Assembly: GCA_963814315.1 (NCBI GenBank) | Contig: CAWFCG010000003.1 | Coordinates: forward strand, 1,131,599-1,195,598 | Direction of reading: 5' to 3' | DNA: 64,000 bases | Source: an uncultured Chloroflexia bacterium | GTDB lineage: Bacteria > Chloroflexota > Limnocylindria > Limnocylindrales > CSP1-4 | Part shown: piece by piece, positions 13,138 to 23,877 of the stretch | How the letters are laid out: each line of letters opens with the position of its first letter | Position numbering within the stretch: the first letter of the stretch is position 1 | Position numbers and translations under genes: made by a program | The notes under the pieces: model-generated | What the model saw: the letters and a program-made list of their open reading frames with translations, nothing else | Told to the model about the DNA's origin: nothing | Databases searched by the model: none

Positions 13138-14184
13138 GTGGTGGATCAAGCCGACAGGAGCGCCGGCAAGGAACGCGCAACGGTACGGGATCGACCCACC
13201 GTTCGCGACGTGGCGAAGGTCGCGGGAGTCAGCTTCAAGACGGTCTCACGCGTCATCAACGGAGAGTCCGGTGTGCGGCCTGAGACAGCGGGGCGGGTCA
13301 TGGCTGCGGTGCGCGACCTGGGCTTCCGCCGCAACGTCATCGCCGCCGACTTTGCCCGCGGTGGCAGTCGCAATCAGATCGGCCTGGTCATCGATGACAT
13401 CTCCAACCCGTTCTGGGCCAGGCTGACTCGCGCCATCGAGGACGTAGCGGTGGCGAATGGTCGACAGGTCATCATCGCCAGCTCGGACTTCGAGCCGCCG
13501 CGCGAACACCGCATCATCGAGTCACTCATCGCGCAACGCCTGGATGGATTGCTCATCGTGCCGGTAGGGCAGGACCACAGCTACCTTGCTCGCGAGATGG
13601 AACTCGGTACCGCCATCGTCTTCATCGACCGGCCCCAGGGTCATCTCGCTGCCGACTCCATCACGTTCGATGACTATGGCGGCGCCAGGGCCGCGGTCGA
13701 GCACCTGATCGCACACGGGCATCGTCGCGTCGCCATATTGGCCCAGTCCCTGACCATCTACACCATGACGGAACGCTACCGCGGCTACCGTGACGCGCTG
13801 GCAGCAGCAGACATCCCATTCGATCCACGATTCGAGACCCACTTCGATACCGCGGAAGGGGCTCGGGCCGCCACGTTGGAGTTGCTGGCGACCGACCCGG
13901 CGCCGACCGCCCTGTTCTGCGCCAACAATCGCATGACCGTCGGCGCCGTCAGCGCACTCGGCGCGGCACAGCAGCGCGTTGCCCTGGTCGGCTTCGACGA
14001 TATCGAGCTGGCCGATGCGCTGGCGATGCCGCTCACGGTGATCCGAGCCGACGCTGCCGAACTGGGCAAGAATGGCGCAGACCTATTGATGCGACGGATG
14101 GCGGGCTGGGATGCTCCGCCGCAGCAGACCGTGTTGCCGACGACGCTGGTGCAGCGTGGCTCCGGTGAGATCAGTCCAGGGTAA
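13138..14184 (+). CDS. LacI-family transcriptional regulator
   Basis: HTH TVRDVAKVAGVSFKTVSRVING plus a PBP1-like effector domain, divergent from the ABC operon. Start at GTG 13138/13141 next to GGAGGA. The divergent region holds an 11-bp near-palindrome CGTTGTCAACG (13059-13069) that may be the operator. Confidence 0.85.
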   Translation: MVDQADRSAGKERATVRDRPTVRDVAKVAGVSFKTVSRVINGESGVRPETAGRVMAAVRDLGFRRNVIAADFARGGSRNQIGLVIDDISNPFWARLTRAIEDVAVANGRQVIIASSDFEPPREHRIIESLIAQRLDGLLIVPVGQDHSYLAREMELGTAIVFIDRPQGHLAADSITFDDYGGARAAVEHLIAHGHRRVAILAQSLTIYTMTERYRGYRDALAAADIPFDPRFETHFDTAEGARAATLELLATDPAPTALFCANNRMTVGAVSALGAAQQRVALVGFDDIELADALAMPLTVIRADAAELGKNGADLLMRRMAGWDAPPQQTVLPTTLVQRGSGEISPG

Positions 14185-16967
14185 TCGGAGGGGACGGTGG
14201 GGTCGGAAGCGGCGGAGTCGGCGGCAGCGTCGGTGAGCGGCGAGTGCGCCAGGACAGCAGCGCCGCCGAAGCGATACATGCCAGTGATGTCAAGGTCAGC
14301 CCGACAGTGACCAGCAGCGGCAGCTGGTCGACCGTGGCCGCCCAGGGCGCCGTCCCGGCCAGCAGGACCGGGGCATCAAGGACATCTGTCGGATCCCGAG
14401 CCAGCACCGAGCCGCTCCCTCCGATAAGCGCGGGCAGGGTGGTTCGCTCGCTCGATGGTGTGCCCGATCGTGCGGCGCGCGAAACGTCGGCCGCCGTCTC
14501 CACGATGACCTCGGGTCCGCCGGGTCGGCTACGGACACGGCCGGTGGCGTTGATCACCTCTCCGACCCGCAGTTCCGGCTCGATGATCACGACGTCGTCG
14601 GCGAAGCGCACCGTGCCTTGAGCTGTGCCGTCGTCGAGTGTCAGTCGGCGTCCAGCGACGGTGTCGATCCGACCACCCACACGGACGACCCGGTCGGTGA
14701 GTCCATCGAGTGATCCGAGGGTCGCGGTCAGCACCGTCGACCCATCCCCGTACGTGGCGACCGCGGCCAGGTAGCCACCGTCGTCTCCGCCGTCACCAGC
14801 GCCCGTCTCGTCGCTGGTGGCGGCAGCGAGCAGGAGCCGGCCCAGCTTGATGTCCTTGCTTGACCGAGGCGCCATGCTGAAGCGTTGATCGTTGGCTGCC
14901 GGATGTGCCCGACGCACGATGCCACTGATGCGGGCCATGCGCCCTTCCTCCAGCCGTTCAGCGCCGATACCACTGCCTGCCAGACCGACGATGGGCAGCG
15001 TCTCGCCGCTTGAGAGCTCCGCTTCTGCGCGCCACGTATCGCCGTCGCGCTCGATGTCGATTATGCGCACCGCCACCGTGACCAGCCGCCACTCGTCCGG
15101 TTCGGCAGGTGGCCGGCGCAGCAACATCGGCACGACCGGCAGGCGTCCCTTGAGCCGCGGCGAAGAGTCAGCCTCCAGTTGGTTCCCTCCGTACCAGGTT
15201 CCGACTTCACCGGTGGCACGGATGACGCGACCGACGTCGGCCGGCCGCGCGCCATCGGGATAGCGCACGAGGATCGCGCCGCTACGGTCCCCAACGGTGA
15301 CGCGGCGGCCCTCCGAGTCGATGAGGCCGGCCACGGAGGTGACGACACCGACGATGGTCACGGTTCGACCGGGCGTCGCCTTGCGGATGCTGACACGAGG
15401 TGGCCGAGACTCACCGGGGTCGTCATCGGGGCTCCCGTTGGGCGGCGGCGTTGGCGAGACGCCGTCATCGAGCACGACCAGGTCCGCCTGGCCGCGAAGC
15501 CACAGGCGATGGCCGTCGGCCGCACCCGATCGGCTGGCGCGTTGGCCGACGATCCCGATGGCGCGGATGCGTTGACCCCTGACCAGCAACGCAGGGTCGA
15601 TCGCCGCCTCAGCGAACGCGTAGACACGGGCAGCGCCGCGTTCGTCGCGGACGGCCAGCGATAGCGCACCGCTGCTGTAGCGGTCGATATCGACGAGCGT
15701 GGCGGTGATGACGGCCAGACTGCCCTCGCGAGCCTCGGCGATGTGGGCGCTGTCGAGGGAGGCGGGTTCGGGAAGTCCGCCGCTGCCGATCGAGCACGAT
15801 CTGGGCCGGATCGGTCGGCCGCACCTCCAGGTTGCCGTATGGGTCAGCCAAGATGCCACTCACGGTGACGATGGCACCCCGGGAGAGGTCGTCCGCTGGA
15901 TACCCGATCGGAACGCGAACGGCGATGCCGCTGCTGCCGTCCTGGATCGCCAACGTTCGGTCGCCCAGGATGCGGCCGATCTGGACCGTCACGGTGCCAG
16001 TCACGGTCACCGTTGCGCCGATCGCCTTACGGCGTGCCTCCTCGATGCTGTCGGACGTGGGCGGCTGGGGCGTCGATGTGGGTGCAGGCGTCGGTTTCGG
16101 AGTCGGAACCGGGGTCGGTGCGGGAGTCGGCTCAGGGGTGGGCTTGGTGGTCGTCGCAGGAGTCGGCTTGGGTGTTGGTGCAGGCGTCAGCTTGGGGGTC
16201 GGAGTCGGCACGGGGGTCGGAGCAGGAGTCGGTGCGAGTGTGGGCGTCGGCTTGGGCGTGGGGACAGGCGTCGGCTTGGGCGTGGGGACAGGCGTCGGCT
16301 TGGGCGTGGGGACAGGCGTCGGCTTGGGCGTGGGACGGGTCGGCTTGGGCGTGGGACCCGGGGTGGGCGGTGCCTCGTCCGTCGCGCCCTGTGGGACCGG
16401 CGCCGGGTTGAGGACCGTGTCGGCGGCATTGTCGTTGGTGTCGCGACCGTTGCCCGCAGCTCCGCCGGGGCGACGCTCCAGTGAGGTACCGACGTCAGGC
16501 GCCACACCTGGCGTGCCCTCCACGAACTCCGAGTCAGCGCTCCCCCACGACAACGAATCGACGACCGATCCACCGACTTCTCGAACCGCGAGCGAACCGC
16601 CGCTGGCGCTGAGCCCGCCACTGAAGGTATGGTCGGCGACCCCGGCATAGGCGCCGTCAGCGTTGGCCAGGAGCAGTCGTGAATGGGCGGCGATGTGGCC
16701 GTCCGTCCAGGTCTGCTTTCGCGTCACGGTCTTGCCGCTGGCCGAGGCATAGACAAGCTCCAGACCGCTCAATGACACTCGCGTGTCAGCCGCGTTGTAG
16801 AGCTCGACATACTCGTCCGACCCGGTGGCACCGCCGGTCACCACCTCGCCCACGACGAGGTCAGGTGAAGGGGGCCACGGCACATCGGCCGCAGCGGCCG
16901 GTGTGGCCGGCACGATCAACGCTAGACACATGAGTCTGGGCAGAAGCCATCGCCATCGCGCGGACAT
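14171..16967 (-). pseudogene. Secreted, C-terminally membrane-anchored protein: lamin-tail domain, Pro/Thr linker, five OB-fold-like modules. Frame is broken by a 1-nt indel near 15790 (pseudogene or assembly error).
   Basis: ORF 15609..16967 carries a signal peptide, the LTD ([24 protein letters not shown]), the PT linker and a first OB-like module. It ends in Arg-rich nonsense, while ORF 14171..15859 continues the sense sequence ([12 protein letters not shown]...) in another frame. Confidence 0.7.
16243..16358. repeat. 24-nt tandem repeat (3 perfect plus ~2 degenerate units) encoding the PTPKPTPV linker
   Basis: GGCGTCGGCTTGGGCGTGGGGACA repeats at 16243, 16267 and 16291, then decays. Confidence 0.9.
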
Positions 16968-17103
16968 CGTTATCCTCCATGTCCGGCGGGCAGGAGCGGG
17001 AACGTCAGGACACTGGCGGGACCAGCATCATCGCACTAGGTGCTTCACTGGCACTTATCGGAGTGTGGCCAACTCAAGGTGCCAGCCGCCACGTGAACGC
17101 CAG

Positions 17104-18157
17104 TTACAACAGGACCACATGCAGCGCGGCGAACACGCCCAGAACGATGGCCCGCCCCACTCGAGGGCCGCGACTGGCGAGGACCCAGTCGAAGGGCCAG
17201 GCCACCGCAAGGAATCGCGGCGTGGACATCAATGTCCCTGACAGGAACACCGTCGCCACGCTGAGAGCGGATACGACCCAGTAGGGTGGCCGAATCCGGT
17301 CGTGGCGGAAGAAGACGAACAGGAACGCATAGAACAAGAGGGCCCCCAGCCACACGGCGATCACCCACGGAGGGGCCACGCCAATAGCCATGTTTCCATT
17401 CCCAATGCCGGTGCTGCCGGACCCGGTCGCGCCATCGCCGACGGTCGATGCGGCAGCCGAAACGTCCGGGCTCCAGAACGATTGCGCCGAAACCGCGGCC
17501 AGCGGGACACCGGTGAGCCACCACTGGTAGCCGAAGTAGATGGCCAGAGCCAATGGGGCGAGCAGCAGCGGCATCCAGGCACGGGTGGGACGGATGCCAT
17601 CATGCTCCACGAGCATGAGCAGCAGGGGCAACCCGTGGAGGATGCCCGGAGCTCGAGTGAGCGTGGCCAACGCGAACGCAAGGCCGGCCAGCCACGGGCG
17701 GCGCACCTCCATGGCCAGGAATGCCGTCACCGCCAGCAGCAGGAACAGACTGTCCGAGTAGGAAAGGGTGAACGCCACGGCCCCTGGCGCCAGCGAGAGG
17801 AACCAGTGACTGAGGAGGGCACGCTCGGGCGTGAGGTGTCGAACCGACAACGCGAACAGGACGACGAGAGCGAGGTAGAACGCGGCGTTTCCTGCCAACC
17901 GCTGCGAGGCTGGTGTCGCCGAAGGTCAACAGCGAGGTCGCCTTCACGGCCATCGGATAGCCTGGGTAGAAGGCGCAGTTCGGTCCGAAGCTGGGACCAG
18001 CGTGGTAGCCAGCGTCGGCGATGCCGATGTAGTAGGTTCCATCCCACACCGTCAGACTGGACAGGATGGCGCGGTCGTCGACGGCCACACCGTCAAGTGG
18101 TGGTGACTGCGTCGTCTCCACGGCCACCGCCACCACCGGCACCAGCAGACGTGTCAC
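17104..18157 (-). pseudogene. GT-C type integral membrane glycosyl/mannosyltransferase-like protein (PIG-V/DUF2029-like). Frame is broken near 17900.
   Basis: The N-terminal part (WDGTYYIGIADAGYH...AFYPGYP) lies in the frame of ORF 17600..18157. The remainder (LAGNAAFYLALVV... multi-TM) lies in ORF 17104..17898. The two join with a 1-nt shift. Confidence 0.55.
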
Positions 18158-18412
18158 CAGGAAGAGCAGCGCGACTGCGAGGCAGCGCCCAGCGCCAGTC
18201 GATGTCTCGCAGGCGTGGCGAAACAGCAGGGCGCAGACCGATGTCGGCGGGCAGGCTCATCGCAGATGACTCTAAAGTGGTGTCTTGCTCGAGCCAGCCG
18301 CCCGATGGTTATGGTCGACGTCACGCCGGCAGGTCGCTCGGGGTGTGCGCGAACAGGTCCCTCAGGCGGATAGGCCGGATGTTGCGGTACCATCGCGCCG
18401 CCCCGCCATGAT

Positions 18413-19192
18413 GTGGAAGTAGGACTACACGTGCCCCGTTCCAGGAACACCCGGATCCGTCCCAAGGACACCAGCCGCGTCGAAGCGCGCCGCCGCTATC
18501 GCGAAGATCACCGCGAAACCGAGGTCGATGCCGAGGCTGCGGCCGACACAACCATCGCGGCCGGCGTTGCGCAGCCGGAGGTCGAGAAGCGTTCCCGTTT
18601 CGCCTTGCCCAACGTCGTCGAGGACATCAAGGCGCTGCCGCAGGTCTTCAGGAAGCCGCTGGTGTGGCTGCCTTTCGGTCTACTGCTACTGACGTTCGTG
18701 CTGGCCGTTGCGCTCATCAACGGCCTGCTGGACAACCTCCCTACGGCCGTGCGCGACATCATCGTGCTCTATGTCAGCCTCACGCTGCACCCGACCACGC
18801 TGTTCATCTTCTTCATCGGTGGCTTCGTGGCGCCGCGCGCCTCCTACCTCGTGGGCGGGATGCTGGGCTTCTTGAGCGGCCTCTTCTTCGTGGCCGTGGT
18901 GGCCATCGCCGGTGAGGCCGCCGTTGAAGCCAACCTCGACTCCGTGCTCACGACGGCCGACGGGACCGCGCCGGCCCTGACTGCCGCACTGGCACTCCAG
19001 ACGATCGGACTCGGCATCGTGATCGGCGTCTTCGCGGGTGGCTTCGCGGCCTGGTACCGCAGCTTCCTGCGCTCGTCTCAGGAGCGCGCCAAAGCCAATC
19101 GCGCAGCGAAAGAGCAGGAGCAGGCGCGCAAGGCCAAGGAGCAGGCGCGCGCGGACAAGGAAGCCGCTCGCCAAGCTCGCCGGAAGCCGTAG
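18413..19192 (+). CDS. Membrane protein of unknown function with a charged Lys/Ala/Glu-rich C-terminal tail
   Basis: 259-aa ORF with 4-5 hydrophobic helices and the tail ERAKANRAAKEQEQARKAKEQARADKEAARQARRKP. Start could be GTG 18431. Confidence 0.6.
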   Translation: MEVGLHVPRSRNTRIRPKDTSRVEARRRYREDHRETEVDAEAAADTTIAAGVAQPEVEKRSRFALPNVVEDIKALPQVFRKPLVWLPFGLLLLTFVLAVALINGLLDNLPTAVRDIIVLYVSLTLHPTTLFIFFIGGFVAPRASYLVGGMLGFLSGLFFVAVVAIAGEAAVEANLDSVLTTADGTAPALTAALALQTIGLGIVIGVFAGGFAAWYRSFLRSSQERAKANRAAKEQEQARKAKEQARADKEAARQARRKP

Positions 19193-19220
19193 ACCGGGGC
19201 CGACCGAAGACCCGATCGAC

Positions 19221-19619
19221 TCAGACTGGAAGGACCTCCAAGCCGAGAGCGCGGGCGACGTCGATCTGCTGTTCATCGAACGAGAGGAACGACACGCTGG
19301 GGAGGCGCATCGCTGCTGCCAAGTGGATCGCATCGAGCGTCCGGATGCGGTGGCGACACCCGATAGCGCTGGCATCGCGGAGACACTGAGAATCGATCGG
19401 AACCGTAACGAATCGATCGAAGTCATCGAGCAACTGGCGCTGGACTGGCGAGTCGCTGGCGCCCTCCGGTCCCCGCCGACACAGTGCCATCCGTGCTTCC
19501 GTTCCGGCAAGTACCGATGCGGCCCATGCCTCATCCCGAGCCATCGCCTGCATCACAGCATCCGAGCCGGGTTCGACGATGTAGCACTTCACCAAGGCCG
19601 AGGTATCGAGGAATATCAC
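19221..19619 (-). CDS. vapC: PIN-domain ribonuclease toxin (VapC-like)
   Basis: MIFLDTSALV N-terminus with the conserved Asp, 132 aa. 4-nt overlap with the upstream antitoxin gene. Confidence 0.85.
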   Translation of the reverse strand: MIFLDTSALVKCYIVEPGSDAVMQAMARDEAWAASVLAGTEARMALCRRGPEGASDSPVQRQLLDDFDRFVTVPIDSQCLRDASAIGCRHRIRTLDAIHLAAAMRLPSVSFLSFDEQQIDVARALGLEVLPV

Positions 19620-19900
19620 AGCCGGTCCCGGCGCATCTCTTCGAGGATCTCTTCGCTCGTCATCGGGCCATCGAACACGATCGGGTGCGGAGGAGCGGGC
19701 GCACTACGAGTGCGCGGCGGGATGACCTTGCCTGATGCGATCAGCTCTTCGAGCGTGGGCGTGTCCGATCGTTGCTGCAACGGCCCTATCTCAGCCACAG
19801 CGACCCCATTGGAGGTGACGATCATGTGCTCTCCGGCCTTCGCGCGCCGCAGGATCCGGCTGACGTCGTTGCGGAGCTGGCGAACGGTGATGGTATCCAT
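19616..19900 (-). CDS. Type II antitoxin (Phd/YefM-like)
   Basis: 94 aa, MDTITVRQLRNDVSRILRRAKAGEHMIVTSNGVAVAEI is a typical antitoxin N-domain. Gene pair geometry matches vapC. Confidence 0.8.
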   Translation of the reverse strand: MDTITVRQLRNDVSRILRRAKAGEHMIVTSNGVAVAEIGPLQQRSDTPTLEELIASGKVIPPRTRSAPAPPHPIVFDGPMTSEEILEEMRRDRL

Positions 19901-19907
19901 CGACTCA

Positions 19908-19927
19908 GCGTAGCACGCGTGCTACGC
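19908..19927. repeat. Perfect 20-bp palindrome between the dnaE2 stop and the antitoxin start
   Basis: GCGTAGCACGCGTGCTACGC is self-complementary. Confidence 0.9.
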
Positions 19928-19929
19928 GG

Positions 19930-22900
19930 TCAACCCAGGCGTCGCATGCCGGCGTGGCCCAGCTGCCGGACACCATCGGGATGGTCCGGCCCACCCCGAG
20001 CTCGGCAGACCTCCACCAAGGGCCGGATGCGACCAGCCACCAGGTTGATGACGCCCGCGTCCACTTGCAGGTTACCCTCCACGTAGAGCAGCGCATGCCG
20101 CCGAACGACCCCACGAAGCCGACCCCACGTTCGCGGCCACAGCGTCACGTTGACCATGCCGGACTCATCCTCGAGTGCGAGAAAGACCGTGCCCTTGGCG
20201 GTCATGGGGTGCTGCCGCGTGACCACCAGACCACCGATGGCGACGCGACCCGGCCGTCGGTCGGCCAGCTCCCCCAGCGTCAATGCGCCCAACTCCAGGA
20301 GCGCTGGCCGGTACAGCTCCATGACCTGGTGGCGCACATCGAGCGAGAGGATGGCATAGGCATCGCCCAGCCGCTCCAGCTCCGTCGGCGGCGGCAGCGC
20401 TGGTGCCGCGGTCGGCGGCAGGCGGATGTCCAGCGGCCGCCCCCGAGCCGTCCGCGAGCCGAGCGACCGACCGCCAGCCCGGCCGCGCGCCGCACCCGCC
20501 ACCTCACGCAGCTGCCATAGTGCCTCCCGACGGGGTTGTCCCAGCGAGTCCAGCGCGCCGGCGCGGATGAGCCGCTCGGTGACCTCCTCGGATAGGTCGG
20601 TGCGCGCCACCAGGTCCGCCAGCGATCGGAACGGACCCTCATGGGCGCGAGCAGCATCAACCAGCTCGCCTTCCGCCTCACCGATGCCCTTCACCAGGTG
20701 CAACCCCAGGCGAATGCCGTAGCCACGCGCCGACGGAGCTGCGAACTGGTCGCGAGCTTCCTCGCCTGGTACCACCACTGCCGACGATGCCACCACGCCG
20801 GGCCGCCGCTCGATGTCCGTCCCGGGTGGCAGCGGCGAGCCGGGCAGCCCCACCCATTCGGTAGCGCTGCGATAGCGGCCGGCATTGATGTCCACCGGCA
20901 GCACCGCCACGCCGTGGCGCTTGGCGTCGTTGATGAGCACCTCGACCGGATAGAAACCCATGGGCTGGGCGTTGATGAGCCCGGTCAAGAACTGTGCCGG
21001 ATAGAACAGCTTGAGGAAGGCCGATTCGTACGCCGTCCGCGCGAAGGCCGCGGCATGGCTCTTGTTGAAACCGAAGCTGGCGAAGCCGGCGACCTTGCCG
21101 AACAGCTCCTCCGCCCGGTCACGGGTGAGCCCGCTGGTCTCGACACAGCCGTCCACGAAGCCGGTGTGCAGCTTCTCCATCTCCTTGCTGGAGCGCCAGG
21201 TGCCCATGGCTCGGCGGAAACCGTCCGAATCGGCCGCACTGAAGCCGGCCACCTCGATGGCGATCTTCATGACCTGCTCCTGGTAGAGGATCACGCCCAG
21301 TGTCTCAGCCAGGATCGGCTCAAGGCTCGGATGCAGGTACGTCACGGCCTCAAGACCCTGCCGACGGCGTAGGTAGGGGTGTACGGCATCACCCTGGATG
21401 GGCCCAGGACGGATGATGGCCACCTCCACCACCAGGTCGTCGAGCGTCTGGGGCCGGCTTTTGGGCAGCGTCTGCATCTGCGCGCGTGACTCGATCTGGA
21501 AGACGCCCACCGTGTCCGCCGCGCAGATCATGCGAAAGACCTCCTCGATGTCCTCCGGCAGCCGGTCGAGGTCAAGGCACACCGCACAGTCGGCCTTGAT
21601 GTCACGCAGGGCGTCGTCGATGGCGCTGAGCATGCGCAATCCCAGCAGGTCGAGCTTGATGAGCTTCATCGTCTCCACATCGCGCTTGTCGAACTGGACG
21701 ACGACACGGCCGGGCATGGTGGCGTGCTCGAGCGGCGCGATGTCCACCAGCGGCGCACCGGTCACGAGCATGCCACCGACGTGGATGGAGAGATGGCGCG
21801 GCCGACCGTCGATGCGAGCACACAGCTCCAGCCAGCGGTCCCACGGCGAGAGGCCCAGCGTGGAACCTCGGTGTCGCGGCGGCAGCGGGTCCAGCTCGAT
21901 GGCACCCACGCTGGTGGCGAGGATGCGACGCTCCGGCTGAGCATCCTCATCACTCCCCTGCCCCAGCGACGCCAGCGCCAGCCGTCGCTCCGGTCCGTGG
22001 CGCAGGAAGTGCTCGCTCGCGGGCGTGTCGCCGGGGCCGCCTTCGTCGTCGGTCGGACCCGGCCGCAAGTCACTGATGGGCGCCAAGCGGCGCGACACCG
22101 GCCCCGGGCGGCGCAACTCGCCCATGTCATCGAGCAAGCGCCGCACGTTCGCCCCGCTCTCGGCCGGCTCGGCGAAGAACTCGGCGAAACCCCCGTCGGC
22201 CTCCAGGTCTCGTCGCACCATCACCGAGTCATAGGTCTCAAGGGCCTTGGCCACGCGATCGACCAGTGGCCGCGGAAAGCCCATTGCATAGCCCACTTCA
22301 CGCACCGCCGAACGCGCCCGGTAGGTGACGATGTTGCAGACCATGCCGGTGTGCTCGGGGCCGTAGCGCTCGTAGACGTACTGGATCACTTCCTCGCGCC
22401 GCGACGAGGCGAAGTCGATATCCACGTCCGGGTAGGTGGTGCGACCCTCGTTGATGAAGCGCTCGAAGAGCAGCTCGTGGCGGATGGGGTCAACGCGCGT
22501 GATGCCCAGGGCGTAAGCCACGATCGAAATCGCCGGCGCTGCCGCGACCCTGTGCGGGGATGCCACGCTCACGGGCGAAGCGCATGAGGTCCCAGCAGAT
22601 GAGGAAGAACTCGGCCAGGCCGGTGCGCTCGATGACCTCCAGCTCGTGCGCCATCTGCTTGAGCGCACGCGGCGTGATGGGGTGGTAGCGCGCCCGCACG
22701 CCGTCATGGCAGAGACGCTCGAGGTACGAGAAGGGTGTCTCGCCGCCGGGCACCGCGAAACCGGGAAAGCGATAGCGCTCGAACTCCAGTGACACCTGGC
22801 AGCGTTGCGCGACCTCTCCAGCACGCTTGATGCCGTCGAGCCAGGCGTGACGCACCAGCGGATAAGGGTCCGAGCCCGGTGGCAGCGCCGCCATCTCCGA

Positions 22901-23794
22901 GCCGCTCTTGAGCGCGTACTCGGCATTGGGCCGGCGCAGGTGGGCGGAGGCGTCAAGGTCCTGTCCGTGGCGGATGGACACCAGCACGTCCTGCAGCTCG
23001 CGGTCGGAGCGCAGCGCGTAGTGAGCGTCGTTGGTGACGACCGTGGGCAGGCCGGCGGCATGCGCCAGGCGTGCCAACTCCGCAATGAGCCAGTCGTCGT
23101 CAGGCAGGAGATGGTGCTGCAGCTCCACGTAGAGCGCATCGCCATCGACAAGGGACGACAACCGACTCAATGCTCGCGCTGCGCCTTCCCGATCACCTGC
23201 CAGCAGGCGCCGGGACAGTTCACCGTGACGGCAGCCAGTGAGCACGATGAGGCCAGCACGATGCTGTTCCAGCAGCCCATGGCTGAAGCGCGGCACGCCC
23301 TTGGATCCCGCAAGGTGAGCGGCGCTGGTGAGCCGGCAGAGGTTGGCATAGCCGTCTTGGTCCTGTGCCAACAGGGTCAGGTGCGGACCCAGCTCGCGCG
23401 GTCGGACACCGCGCAAGTCCTCGCGGCGCGGCTCACGATGGCCCGGTGGTCGCTGCCGCGCCACGCTCGGTCGAACGGGCTCCCCTGCCTTCGCATCGGC
23501 CGGCGCGAGCTCGCGAGCACGCCCTTTCCGACGCCGTGGGGGCACCACCAGCCCGTGTGGATCGTGCGCCACAGCATCGAGCAGCTCGATCTCCATGCCC
23601 ACCACCGCATGCAGGCTGGCTTCACGTGCGGCGGCCGAGAACCGCACCGCTCCGTAGAGGCCCCCGTGGTCAGTGACCGCGAGCCCGGACAAGCCCAGTT
23701 CCACGGCACGTTCGACCAGGTCATCTGCCGGCGAGGCCCCGTCGAGGAACGAGAAGTCGGTATGGCAGTGCAACTCCGCGAAGGTGGACATCAC
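19930..23794 (-). pseudogene. dnaE2: Error-prone DNA polymerase III alpha subunit DnaE2 (ImuC). Frame is interrupted by a 1-nt indel near 22535 (pseudogene or assembly error).
   Basis: The PHP N-terminus (STFAELHCHTDFSFLDGAS) is in ORF 22490..23794 up to ...AQGRGSA. The expected continuation (ISIVAYALGITRVDP...) is in ORF 19930..23151. Removing one base in GCCGGCG restores GRGSAAISIVAYALGIT. Confidence 0.85.
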
Positions 23795-23807
23795 CAGAGC
23801 GATGATA

Positions 23808-23819
23808 GAACATCTGTTC
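23808..23819. promoter_or_regulatory. LexA (SOS) box GAACATCTGTTC upstream of dnaE2, in the divergent region shared with the LytM gene
   Basis: GAAC-N4-GTTC palindrome 16 nt upstream of the dnaE2 ATG (23791), directly abutting a TATCAT -10-like hexamer (23802-23807 on the minus strand). Confidence 0.75.
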
Positions 23820-23877
23820 TATTCCATGGGAGCCCTGGCGGGCCTGTGGTGCGTTCGGTCAACACCCGCCGCGGTGA

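Noticed and set aside
16013-16484. Possible CRISPR-like or satellite array in the GGCGTCGGCTTGGG repeats
   Set aside because: The repeats are contiguous with no spacers and lie in frame inside a coding Pro/Thr linker. There are no cas genes.
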